From a bacterium (GTDB taxonomy: Bacteria; Patescibacteriota; Minisyncoccia; Phycocordibacterales; UBA6899), in assembly GCA_043736515.1 (NCBI GenBank), contig JAYTCK010000013.1, positions 12,214 to 76,213 of the forward strand: 64,000 bases of DNA, in the 5' to 3' direction. Position numbers and translations under genes: made by a program. Of this stretch, positions 46,330 through 56,132 are shown one piece after another (position 1 is the first letter of the stretch; the number at the start of each line of letters is the position of its first letter). Under the pieces are notes generated by a model. That model saw only the letters and a program-made list of their open reading frames with translations. It ran no database searches and was not told where the DNA came from.

Positions 46330-46577
46330 AACCGAGCTGCATTATCTCTTGTGATCGATTTTACCCAATTCTGATTAATCACCTGAACAAGTGCGCCAGC
46401 AGTGAACGTGCTTGTAAGTACCAAGCCGGCCATCGTCATCACCTTCACATCAAACTGCCGCATGTCTTTGGTAAGGTACGCTGTGCGTATTTCATCCCGA
46501 AATGCATCATCGAAAACAAATTGGGCAAGACGATTTTCGTTCAAAATATTCACATGATCACCAAACTTCATTACCAT
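46323..46577 (-). CDS. Hypothetical protein
   Basis: 84-aa ORF with a GGGAG-like RBS. Confidence 0.5.
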   Translation of the reverse strand: MVMKFGDHVNILNENRLAQFVFDDAFRDEIRTAYLTKDMRQFDVKVMTMAGLVLTSTFTAGALVQVINQNWVKSITRDNAARLC

Positions 46578-46661
46578 CGCGCTCCCCTAAAAGAATGTGC
46601 CGTTGCTCAATCTAACATTAGAGAAGCGAAAAGCAAATCAACAACAAAGCCCGATTAGCAG

Positions 46662-46792
46662 AAGAATCCTTTTTGATTTGGGATGAGATGCGCAGTCCTG
46701 GACCGTTTCGGAGTCGGGGGCTGTAGTCTCCTACTGCCCCCGACTGCGAAATCGGGAAGGCTACCAGGTCGCCCAAATCAAAAAGGATTCTT
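46662..46792. repeat. Rod-like palindromic element with 21-bp perfect terminal inverted repeats that include the end of the M23 gene
   Basis: aagaatcctttttgatttggg (46662-46682) / cccaaatcaaaaaggattctt (46772-46792); GC-rich inner hairpin. Confidence 0.75.
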
Positions 46793-47827
46793 GGCGCCGC
46801 GGATCTCGAAGTGAAGGTGCGTGCCAGTACTTCGTCCCGTATTCCCCATCGTCCCTAATTGTTGCCCCTGCACTAACACATCACCAACAGACACTGTCAC
46901 CGTGAGAAGATGTGCATAGAGCGTTTGCGTGCCATTCCCGTGTTTCACAACAACATAATTTCCATAACCGCCGTTACATCCTCGGCTGACGCAACCACTG
47001 CGCGCAATGATCACCTCACCGCCCGCTGCAGCGAGAATCGGTGCCCCAAGATAAGCACCAAGGTCGACACCATTGTGACCGTGTATGCCTTGTGTTTTGC
47101 GATAGCTGGCTACGGGCGATTTATAATACCCAGCGCCCGCAGTCAAAATAGTTCCTCCCAACTTCGTTGAAGCGGGGCGTGTGGTGGGCTGCACCGCAAC
47201 AATTTCACCGTCGGGAATAATAAGCGTATTACCGATCATGAGTGCTCCTTCCTCAATGCCGTTAAAGCTGAGGATCTCCTCGACATCGCTGCCGTATTTT
47301 TTTGCAAGACTGGCGAGCGTATCACCCTTTTTCACGGTGTGCTGGATTCCCGTTACAGGAAGAATGACCAATGTTTCCCCTATGGTTAACTTTTGTCCGC
47401 GGCTCATATTGTTTGCCCAAATAATTGTATTTACCGAAACATCGAACATACTGGCGATTGAAGACAGAGAATCTCCCTCACGTACCACGTAAATACTGAT
47501 TTCCCCATGGTTGTTCATTCCATCAGGAACATCGGCTAAGCCGCCCCCGGGACCCGCATCCGGTAAAATAGCACTACCACCCACGGTATTCACATCATTT
47601 ACCGACTGTTTTTGGGCAAGGTCACTCCCTGCTACGCCCGCAAGCAAGGCGATATTTTGCGAATTAATAATCTTCTCTTGGGTATTGGCCTTCACAAAAA
47701 TATCGCTAAAGAAAGAAAAAAAGCCGGCATATGCGACGGCTCCAGGCAAAATAAGAAATAATAACATGGAAAAGCCCAGCTTTGTCCATGAAAGCGGAGT
47801 TTGGGAAAAACTATTATGCCGCTTCAT
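46778..47827 (-). CDS. LysM-LysM-M23 peptidoglycan endopeptidase
   Basis: YVVREGDSL, HTVKKGDTL, HNGVD, YAHL, STGTHLHFE. Confidence 0.93.
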   Translation of the reverse strand: MKRHNSFSQTPLSWTKLGFSMLLFLILPGAVAYAGFFSFFSDIFVKANTQEKIINSQNIALLAGVAGSDLAQKQSVNDVNTVGGSAILPDAGPGGGLADVPDGMNNHGEISIYVVREGDSLSSIASMFDVSVNTIIWANNMSRGQKLTIGETLVILPVTGIQHTVKKGDTLASLAKKYGSDVEEILSFNGIEEGALMIGNTLIIPDGEIVAVQPTTRPASTKLGGTILTAGAGYYKSPVASYRKTQGIHGHNGVDLGAYLGAPILAAAGGEVIIARSGCVSRGCNGGYGNYVVVKHGNGTQTLYAHLLTVTVSVGDVLVQGQQLGTMGNTGRSTGTHLHFEIRGAKNPF

Positions 47828-48230
47828 GCCGCGCGAATGCGGGGAATCGGGATGAGTATTATTGAGCTGTATAAGCCATTGTGAGTTAATTCGATCAGTA
47901 GTGCATCTGTTCCTCTAGAAATCACTATTTGAAGAGGATGAGTCGAGCAATCGTTGACAACCGTATTAAAAGATTATATCTGCTGCGGAAGACCCACGTC
48001 AATCACTTTTTGAAGAATTTTCCTTAAATGAGACCCTCGTATAACAGTATAATATGGCTAAAAACATGGGTTTTCTGGAAATGCTGTTTTGGGGAGTCTT
48101 GTTATCTGGCTCAGGAAAAGGCTCTTTTCAGCATTGTGGACAGTGTGGCCATAAGGCCATAAAAGCGCTCAACAGGGCTATTCTAGGAATACTTCGGCGA
48201 TATTGCCAACTAGTGCTAATATAATGTCTA

Positions 48231-50249
48231 ATGATAAATCTCCTTTCAGGCTTAAATCCGGAGCAGCAAGAAGCTGTCCTCGCCACCGAGGGCCCCGTGC
48301 TCATTGTTGCCGGGGCTGGAGCCGGAAAAACAAAAACACTTACCCATCGGATCGGCCATATTATCGAAAAGGGGGTACCACCCCAGGCAATTCTTGCTAT
48401 TACCTTTACAAACAAGGCCGCAAAGGAGATGCGGGAGAGGGCACTTAAGCTTATCGGAAAGGAGAGTGGGGGCAGTATGTGGGGGCGGCGTGACATACCA
48501 TTTATTGGCACGTTTCACGGACTGGGGATTTCTATCCTCAGAGAGAAAGGGGAGGTAATAGGGATACCCCGCTCTGCTACCATTCTTGATGCTGACGATG
48601 CGTTCAAACTAATTAAGAGTGCGATGAAAAAGGCAGGGATAGATCCAAAACAGTTTGAACCCCGCAAGATTCAATCGCTTATCTCCCGACACAAAGGAAA
48701 CATGGGGACCGCGGATACCATTGAAGCAACCATTCAAAACCGTTATCTGGCGCAAGCGGCAAAACGCGCATTTATTATCTATGAGCAATCACTTCGTGAG
48801 ACTAATGTACTCGATTTTGATGACCTGCTTGAAAAGACAGTACGGCTCCTTGAAACACACCCCGACGTACGCAGATATTATCAAACACAGTGGCAATATG
48901 TGCACGTCGATGAATATCAAGATACGAACGAAGTGCAGTATCAGCTTGTACGGCTTCTTGTGGGCGAGCGCAAAAACATTTGCGTTGTCGGCGACAGCGA
49001 CCAAAACATTTACAGTTGGCGTGGTGCCTCGATCGCAAATATTTTGGAATTTGAAGAAGACTACCCCGGCGCGAAAGTGATATTGCTTGAACAAAATTAT
49101 CGCTCGACTCAACGTATCCTTTCTGCTGCTAACGGCGTCATCGGAAAAAATACGATGCGCAAGGCAAAAAATTTATTTACAGAAAACGGCGAAGGGGAAC
49201 AACTCTCAGTGATGGCATCATACGACGAAGGGGATGAGGCGCGCTACGTCGCATCGAAGATCGGAGCGCTGCTCGGAGAAGGCCGTCTGCCGGATACGAT
49301 CGCAATACTCTACCGCACGAACTTCCAATCACGTGTGCTTGAAGAAGCACTGCTTTATTCCGGTATACCGTACCAAGTGCTCGGGGTGCGATTTTATGAA
49401 CGCAAAGAAGTGAAGGATGTGGTCGCGTATCTTCGCGCTGCAATGAATCCCAAAGCACACTTTGATTGCGAGCGCGTCATTAACGTACCACCACGCGGAG
49501 TCGGCAAAGTCACGCTTGAGAAAATTTTTCGCGGAGAAAGGAGTATGCTACCCGCCACCATGCGTGCGAAGGTTGATGCTTTTTTTGAATTGCTTCTCCG
49601 AATCAAAACTGCTGCCGATACTTTGAAGCCTTCACAACTTATTTCCTATATCATCAAAGAAACAGGGATTGAAAAGATGTATGCAGGAGAACATGAAAGC
49701 GGTGACGAAGAGGACACTGAACGACTCGCAAACGTGCACGAATTGGTTACGGTGGCTATGCGCTATGATGCATTTGGTGGACAGGAAGGAATCGAGCAGT
49801 TCCTTGCAGACATCGCACTTGAGTCAGATCAGGATAATCTCAATACCAATCAAAGTGCCGTACGGCTTATGACGATTCATGCAGCCAAGGGGCTAGAATT
49901 CGACTATGTCTTCATCACAGGAATGGAGCAAGATCTTTTTCCATCACGCCGCTCACAGGACGAAAGTAAAGATATTTCAGAACGCGAGGAGGAACGACGT
50001 CTGTTTTATGTTGCGCTCACCCGCGCAGCAAAAAAAGTCTTTCTCTCGTACGCATCATTTCGTACGATTTTTGGCCAGCGCCAGGTTAATTTTCCCTCGG
50101 AGTTTCTTTCTGATATTGCCGACGAATTAATCAGTTACGAGTCACGGACAGGCGAAACACTTGGCGAGAAGCCCAAACGGAAAGTAAGTTTGCTCGGCTG
50201 GGATGAAATGTTCGGTGATGATAGCGAGGAAACCGTGACCTATATATAG
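48231..50249 (+). CDS. pcrA: ATP-dependent DNA helicase PcrA/UvrD
   Basis: AGAGAGKT, VDEYQDTN, VGDSDQNIYSWRGA, QNYRST, TIHAAKGLEF, EERRLFYVALTRA. Confidence 0.95.
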   Translation: MINLLSGLNPEQQEAVLATEGPVLIVAGAGAGKTKTLTHRIGHIIEKGVPPQAILAITFTNKAAKEMRERALKLIGKESGGSMWGRRDIPFIGTFHGLGISILREKGEVIGIPRSATILDADDAFKLIKSAMKKAGIDPKQFEPRKIQSLISRHKGNMGTADTIEATIQNRYLAQAAKRAFIIYEQSLRETNVLDFDDLLEKTVRLLETHPDVRRYYQTQWQYVHVDEYQDTNEVQYQLVRLLVGERKNICVVGDSDQNIYSWRGASIANILEFEEDYPGAKVILLEQNYRSTQRILSAANGVIGKNTMRKAKNLFTENGEGEQLSVMASYDEGDEARYVASKIGALLGEGRLPDTIAILYRTNFQSRVLEEALLYSGIPYQVLGVRFYERKEVKDVVAYLRAAMNPKAHFDCERVINVPPRGVGKVTLEKIFRGERSMLPATMRAKVDAFFELLLRIKTAADTLKPSQLISYIIKETGIEKMYAGEHESGDEEDTERLANVHELVTVAMRYDAFGGQEGIEQFLADIALESDQDNLNTNQSAVRLMTIHAAKGLEFDYVFITGMEQDLFPSRRSQDESKDISEREEERRLFYVALTRAAKKVFLSYASFRTIFGQRQVNFPSEFLSDIADELISYESRTGETLGEKPKRKVSLLGWDEMFGDDSEETVTYI

Positions 50250-50250
50250 T

Positions 50251-51093
50251 ATGAAACGTATTAGCGCAAAAAAATCACTCGGGCAACATTTTCTTCGTTC
50301 AAAAACTGCGATCAAGCAAATCGTTGGTGCTGCGCGATTGTTACCCGATGAGATTGTGCTTGAGATCGGCCCCGGAGAAGGGGCGCTCACTGATGCACTT
50401 CTTCAAAGCGGCGCTAGGGTGATTGCGGTTGAAACAGATAGGCGATGTATAGAAAAACTCAATGAACGCTTTGCAGATGCGATTGATAAAAAACAGTTGC
50501 TTGTGATTGAAGGAGACATCCGCAACGAGGAGGTACAAAAAATGCTATTTTCAAAAAAGTACTGCGGGGCCCTGCCGTATAAATTGGTTGCAAATATACC
50601 TTACTACATTACAGGGATGCTCTTCAGGCTTTTTCTAGAACACCTGCGACAACCGACGCATATAATTTTTCTTGTGCAGAAAGAGGTTGCACAACTCATC
50701 GTCGCAAGGGAAGGGAAAGAAGGCATACTCTCACTGGCTGTGAAGGCATACGGCACTCCCCGCATTGTTGCGAAAGTGAAACGCGAAGCATTTTCCCCGC
50801 CTCCCAAGGTTGACTCAGCGATTATTGCCATTGAAAACATTTCACGCGCACAATTAGTAGGCCTTCGTGATGAAGATTATTTTCGTGTTGTCAAAGCCGG
50901 ATTTGGTGCCAAGCGCAAAATGCTGCTGGGGAATCTCGCAAAAGAATTGAGTATCTCACGAGAAAAACTCGAAGCAATCTTTGCAGATATTGGCATTGAT
51001 ACACAAACTCGAGGAGAAGATGTTCCCGTTTCTCAATGGATTTTTCTCGCAAGGATTTTACTTGAAACAGAGAAAACAAAGAGTTCAAAATAA
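50251..51093 (+). CDS. rsmA: 16S rRNA adenine dimethyltransferase
   Basis: KKSLGQHFL, LEIGPGEG, VANIPYYIT, FSPPPKVDS. Confidence 0.95.
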   Translation: MKRISAKKSLGQHFLRSKTAIKQIVGAARLLPDEIVLEIGPGEGALTDALLQSGARVIAVETDRRCIEKLNERFADAIDKKQLLVIEGDIRNEEVQKMLFSKKYCGALPYKLVANIPYYITGMLFRLFLEHLRQPTHIIFLVQKEVAQLIVAREGKEGILSLAVKAYGTPRIVAKVKREAFSPPPKVDSAIIAIENISRAQLVGLRDEDYFRVVKAGFGAKRKMLLGNLAKELSISREKLEAIFADIGIDTQTRGEDVPVSQWIFLARILLETEKTKSSK

Positions 51094-51113
51094 CTGGAAG
51101 TTGAGGGGGGGGG

Positions 51114-51548
51114 TTAGCCTGATGTCCCAACGCGAACCATAATTCCACTAGTGGGCCACGTCGCACAAGACTTGCCCACCCAATAGAGGCACACGCTGCC
51201 TACTTGGCGGTTTCCAAGAAGCCATACGCCTGTTGAATACACCATTCCATACGGATGAAGGATCGTATACCCTGGAGAGTAAACATAATTCGGGGGAGTT
51301 CCAGGTGTGGTGCTGAGATCAATTACGGTGACGGCAATATCAGCTGGATTAGAATTGCAGGTACAATAATGAATGTACGTAGAGAGGCCACCAAAGGGAA
51401 TTCCTGTTTCTGCTTGTACTCCGCGTGTCGTAAACATAATCGTGAATGCGACAACCGCACCCACAACGAGAATGATAAATACCGGCAAAAATCGAAATAT
51501 ATTTTGCCCATGTATGGTAAGCGCGAATAATTGTTTAAATGAGGACAT
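51114..51548 (-). CDS. Hypothetical Cys-containing secreted or membrane protein
   Basis: N-terminal TM; PFGG..YCTC...GTS. Confidence 0.65.
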   Translation of the reverse strand: MSSFKQLFALTIHGQNIFRFLPVFIILVVGAVVAFTIMFTTRGVQAETGIPFGGLSTYIHYCTCNSNPADIAVTVIDLSTTPGTPPNYVYSPGYTILHPYGMVYSTGVWLLGNRQVGSVCLYWVGKSCATWPTSGIMVRVGTSG

Positions 51549-51607
51549 ATATCAAGAATACAATGTATGAATAAAAATGTGTAGCTCGTTTTTCGCGGAT
51601 CGAGCGA

Positions 51608-52696
51608 CTAACGTGTGACGGTGAAAATAATTGACTCAGTAAGTCCGTTTTCATTGCGCAAATAAAACCAAATAGGAACGCGCATACTACTAGGAAGATC
51701 ATTTGCGGTAAAGTTCAGTCCGGGTATCGTCGCGTTGACCGTAAATTGAATCGTTTTGCCATCTGAAGAAGCAATAGGGGACTGAACACCCTGACCCCCC
51801 ACCGCTTCGTTCCCCGTAAAGGTGAATCCCTCTCCCGTCACAGTAACAACTGAGCCGAGGGGGCCTTCTTTCGGGCTAAAGGTCAGTATTTTGGGGGAAG
51901 AAACGGCAGGGTCGGTCACAATAAGAAACGAGCTGTTGGTATTACCTTTGCTGCTTGATACGAAAAGGTTCTGTATTCCCCGCGGTGCATCAGGTGGGAT
52001 TGTAAATGTGAGCATGCCCCATGAATCAACAAGAGTCTTCTCAATTACTGATGAGCCAAGATGCACCGTATTTCCCGTCGTGGCAAGGCCTAACGCGTAA
52101 AGCGTTATTTTTGTCCCACGTGGTGCAGCGTAGGACGACGGGTACATGATGAGTGGCGTGGGGGAAGTAAATGTAGTGACGCCAAAATCGATCGGGGGAG
52201 CTCCGCTTTGTACACTTGTACTACTCTGTGCGGGTATTGGAGGAAGAACAGGTTCAGCAACTGGGGTCACGGGGGAAAGTGATGGGGCCTTGGAATACGC
52301 AGCAATGCAAAGTGCGAGAAGTTTCGCTCGACTGTATAACCCAACATAGCCTGTACCGCCCGCAAGCCCAGCTGGGGTAAGCACCTCAGCTTTGAACAAA
52401 TTCTGAAATTTGATTACAGCGAGTTTCGTTTTAGTACCAAAATACGTTGTTTCTTGACCACGAGAACCTATCCCGGTTTCTGAAACACGTGTTGCCGGGT
52501 TGGCATTAAGTAGTTGTTGTAGTTGCTTTACATCCTGTCCGCTCGCACCTACACCCAGATTACGCGTAAGGGAAGCACAATTTTCGGCAGCGAGAGCAAA
52601 GCTGGGCAATCCCAAAAAAGCTATTAATAGAGGGAGGGTACTCAATAACAATTTTTGATAATTATTCATGTGTCTCATTAATGAACCAATATTCAT
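51608..52696 (-). CDS. Secreted protein with peptidoglycan-binding and IPT/TIG-like domains
   Basis: LTRNLGVGASGQDVKQLQQLLN, YFGTKTKLAVIKFQ, FSPKEGPLGSVVTVTG. Confidence 0.8.
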   Translation of the reverse strand: MNIGSLMRHMNNYQKLLLSTLPLLIAFLGLPSFALAAENCASLTRNLGVGASGQDVKQLQQLLNANPATRVSETGIGSRGQETTYFGTKTKLAVIKFQNLFKAEVLTPAGLAGGTGYVGLYSRAKLLALCIAAYSKAPSLSPVTPVAEPVLPPIPAQSSTSVQSGAPPIDFGVTTFTSPTPLIMYPSSYAAPRGTKITLYALGLATTGNTVHLGSSVIEKTLVDSWGMLTFTIPPDAPRGIQNLFVSSSKGNTNSSFLIVTDPAVSSPKILTFSPKEGPLGSVVTVTGEGFTFTGNEAVGGQGVQSPIASSDGKTIQFTVNATIPGLNFTANDLPSSMRVPIWFYLRNENGLTESIIFTVTR

Positions 52697-52820
52697 CTAT
52701 AATACCACACCAAAAAACATGTGCATTAAGTATTTCTGTGTTCATTTCGTAAATATTGACAATATAAAAAAACAAGCTAGAATACACAATAGTCACGTCA
52801 ATTGTTCATTGGAGAAAATT

Positions 52821-53405
52821 GTGAAAAAGTCGCTTACTCTCGTTTTGTTCGTCTTGGTTCTTACTGGAGCAACTTCGGCTATTGCAGCAGTTCGCTGCGG
52901 TGCAGACGGAAAATGTTACGACCTCGGCCCCAAACGAAACCTCGATACGGGTAAAATGGCGCCTGAGCCTGTTGATAACCTGCTCAAGCGCTATAGCTAT
53001 GTGACCCCGTATTTACCCAAAGGCACCAAACAGGTGTACGACGCCCCCGAAGCCGGCCCTTGCACAAAAGATGGGATCGTTCACAAGAACGCCACCTCGA
53101 GCAGAGGATGCTACATTTTTAGCAGCTCGGACGGCAATTTCAAGATCCAAATTCAAAAACAAGGCTCCTCCTTTTCCTATATTTCACAAATTTGGAAGAA
53201 AGTGAACAAGGAATGGGTGGCCTGGGCCGAATTCGATACAAGCGGACAAGCAACCTATGCTTCGACTGAGGCAGCTCGATTTGCCGGACAGAATGTCCCT
53301 CGAAGAAACGAGGACTACGCAAAAGACTTGCCGACAGTGCCGGGAATACTGAATGCTCCTGGGGTGGGCACCATACTGGATGGTATCCTGAAAAAATCTA
53401 GATGA
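52821..53405 (+). CDS. Hypothetical secreted protein (start GTG 52821)
   Basis: GGAGA RBS; KKSLTLVLFVLVLTGATSAIA signal peptide; downstream terminator. Confidence 0.7.
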   Translation: MKKSLTLVLFVLVLTGATSAIAAVRCGADGKCYDLGPKRNLDTGKMAPEPVDNLLKRYSYVTPYLPKGTKQVYDAPEAGPCTKDGIVHKNATSSRGCYIFSSSDGNFKIQIQKQGSSFSYISQIWKKVNKEWVAWAEFDTSGQATYASTEAARFAGQNVPRRNEDYAKDLPTVPGILNAPGVGTILDGILKKSR

Positions 53406-53512
53406 GATGAGCACAAATCGCAACAAGCGGGACATAGTCCCGCTTTTTTTTATCTGAAAGGTGTATAACTCACAATCATAACTACCTGACACCTGTTATA
53501 CTAAGCGTACGC

Positions 53513-54541
53513 ATGAACTGGAGAAGCGTTTTCTTGGATAACAAAAAAATACTCACAAGCTGTTTTGTTGCACTCGTTATTCTCGGATTGGGCTTTTTGT
53601 CACATTCACAGGGAAACCTCTTTGCTGCTTTAGCAACACTCGGAGGGAAACAAGCGGATAAAATCATGCTTCCAGCCGATCTTATTACGCCCACACCGAT
53701 TGACATCACCAATCGTGACACCGACAACGACGGGTTGGCTGACTGGGAAGAGCGACTTCATGGTGCAGACCCGGAAAATCCCGATACCGACGGTGATGGG
53801 ACAAATGACGGCGGCGAAATCCGGGGGGGGCGCGATCCGGTCAAGCGAGGCCCAAATGACCTGCTTCCTGTCATAGCAGACCCCAACTTCGCCACATCAT
53901 CGACAGACGTTCTGGGGCTCAAAAAGGAGTTTTTTGCAAAATACTTAGCCGCACAAGCACAAGATGTACGCGAAACAACCTTCCGCGACCTCATTAAAAA
54001 TTTTGACGCAAAAAAATACCGTACCACTCATCAAATCGTTAGCCTAAACATATCTTCAGACAACAGTATTGAGGCCATGCGCGCCTATGGAAACGCATTT
54101 GGCATACTTATTGTGCGCTACACCAAACGCACACACCGAACTGAGGAAGAAATTCTCGGAGATGCGTTACCTCAAAAGAACAGCAAAGTCCTCCAGGAAT
54201 TGCAGCTGCCCGCCGTCACATATAAAAATTTTGCAAAGGATCTTTTAGTGCTTCGCGTCCCCTCATCACTCGCATCACATCACTTGAAAATTGTTAACGG
54301 CTACGACGGCATGTCAAAAGGTTTACTGGGTTTGCAGAAACTTTTCCTTGACCCCGTGGAAGGGGGTGGTGCTTATCAGGTATACACGGAACAGCGCTTG
54401 AAAGTCACTGAGGGCTACGCGGGAATTGTTTCATCGTTTAATGCAAACAGAGTCACGTTTGCTCCTGACGAACTTGGATATCCATTTTATAGACCGCAGA
54501 CCAGAGGAGGGGTGGGGACAACTTCACAACAAAAAATATAG
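53513..54541 (+). CDS. Membrane-anchored protein with thrombospondin type 3-like Ca-binding repeats
   Basis: DTDNDGLADWEE, PDTDGDGTNDGGE. Confidence 0.75.
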   Translation: MNWRSVFLDNKKILTSCFVALVILGLGFLSHSQGNLFAALATLGGKQADKIMLPADLITPTPIDITNRDTDNDGLADWEERLHGADPENPDTDGDGTNDGGEIRGGRDPVKRGPNDLLPVIADPNFATSSTDVLGLKKEFFAKYLAAQAQDVRETTFRDLIKNFDAKKYRTTHQIVSLNISSDNSIEAMRAYGNAFGILIVRYTKRTHRTEEEILGDALPQKNSKVLQELQLPAVTYKNFAKDLLVLRVPSSLASHHLKIVNGYDGMSKGLLGLQKLFLDPVEGGGAYQVYTEQRLKVTEGYAGIVSSFNANRVTFAPDELGYPFYRPQTRGGVGTTSQQKI

Positions 54542-54569
54542 TAAAACACAATTTATCCGCTATAATAGT

Positions 54570-56120
54570 ATGATGACAATGTTACTCCTTGCAATCTCAA
54601 CTGTACTTCACAAAGGTTTCAGGGTAACACTCATTTTAAGTTTTTTGTTTCCTGTTTTTTTTGCGCACACCGAAGTTGCTTTGGCACAATCATACGTACC
54701 TGTAGCCGTCGTCCGTTTTGATGCCTTCGACGATTACGTCAATAGATTTAATGAAACTTTTGGAGCGGATGTTCCAAATGGCACCACCGACTCTCTGCGT
54801 GATCTTATTTCCGGTTCAAACCCCGGAGGTTTAGCTGCTGCGCCCTGCGAAAAAAAAGACAATGAAAATGAGGCTTTTGCTTACGAAGACGGTAATTGGG
54901 CGGCGGCGCACGCAAGCAGCACAGAAAATGGCAACGAAGGAATTCCGCTCACTGTACCCGAAGGGGGGCCTGCCGGCGGGCCGGCGCCTAGCCGTGTACA
55001 GATCAATGCATCCGCTTCATTGCGATGCCTCCTTCAAGAGCTCGTCGAGTGGCAGAAGCTTGATCTCAGTATTCAAATTCACGGCATGCTCAAGACATAC
55101 ATTGCCGATGCACAAGCAAAACAACTCAATAATCAACTTCGCAACAAAATTGCAGCAGCAAACCTTGATTGGGGCAAAGCAGGAAATGTCGTTGTCAATG
55201 ATGGCGTAAATTCAAATACGGCCGTTTATAATTTAAATTCCACCCAAAATATTACAAACAAGAATTCTCGACAACTCGATCACATCGCCGCTCAAGGCGT
55301 GGCTGATCCGGCATCGGGAAACCCGGTAGGTTCGCTTGATATCTGCGAACCGTGGCGACTCGATACCACAGCGAGCATGGTACGCAATAACCGTACCGAC
55401 GATCCTATCAACTACACCCAAGAAGTGACGAGGTGTACGCTCTCCTCGGTGATCAATCCCGTTGATTGGGATAGGTTTAGCGACAACCTCAACGACACCG
55501 CAAGTATTGAGGGGGGATTTGCCACGTTTGATGCGATGCTCCTCGGAAACGCAAACTCACCGCTCGATGCGGCGAGCACCGCAAGTTTTGCCGCGCAGGG
55601 CCGTATTGACCGGCAAGAAGAGGCCACAAAAGCAGAATCGCAATCGGACGATTTTGAAAGTACGAAAGAATGCAGTGGGCTTCCCGACGACCCTCATTGT
55701 CTCGACACACGATCACTGGCTGTTTCTCCCAGCGGTCAAAACAAGGAGACAGTCACACGCAACGCTGCTCAGGGTGATGATGCGGTTGCGAACAATACCA
55801 TGCTTGATGGTACCGCAGCAACAAGCTCAGAGCTCCAATCACTGCAGCTCAATACGCAAGGTGGGGCCTACGGATACGACGCGACACCACTTCAGGCGTC
55901 GCAAACATCCGTCAATAAACTCGTAGAGGAGTTTTATGACGTTATCAATGTTGCATACTTTTATGGTGTAACTTCTGACACTGCACTTTGGGCAGAGGCA
56001 ACCATGCTGATGATCTACGACGAAATGAAATTCACCGAAAACAGTACGGAGGTTATTGTTACCACAGGAACCGCAGATGATCCGACAGGATACGGAGGTG
56101 GATGGAATGCTGTACCATAA
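54570..56120 (+). CDS. Hypothetical secreted acidic protein (T4SS-cluster associated)
   Basis: Signal-like N-terminus; lies upstream of the VirB6-like gene. Confidence 0.7.
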   Translation: MMTMLLLAISTVLHKGFRVTLILSFLFPVFFAHTEVALAQSYVPVAVVRFDAFDDYVNRFNETFGADVPNGTTDSLRDLISGSNPGGLAAAPCEKKDNENEAFAYEDGNWAAAHASSTENGNEGIPLTVPEGGPAGGPAPSRVQINASASLRCLLQELVEWQKLDLSIQIHGMLKTYIADAQAKQLNNQLRNKIAAANLDWGKAGNVVVNDGVNSNTAVYNLNSTQNITNKNSRQLDHIAAQGVADPASGNPVGSLDICEPWRLDTTASMVRNNRTDDPINYTQEVTRCTLSSVINPVDWDRFSDNLNDTASIEGGFATFDAMLLGNANSPLDAASTASFAAQGRIDRQEEATKAESQSDDFESTKECSGLPDDPHCLDTRSLAVSPSGQNKETVTRNAAQGDDAVANNTMLDGTAATSSELQSLQLNTQGGAYGYDATPLQASQTSVNKLVEEFYDVINVAYFYGVTSDTALWAEATMLMIYDEMKFTENSTEVIVTTGTADDPTGYGGGWNAVP

Positions 56121-56132
56121 GAATGATTCATA

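Noticed and set aside
46662-46792. SRP or 6S RNA
   Set aside because: No SRP domain IV motif (CAGG..GGAA..AGCAG), and it overlaps a coding 3' end.
51105-51113. G9 tract as a phase-variation site
   Set aside because: It lies between convergent stop codons, so slippage would have no evident effect.
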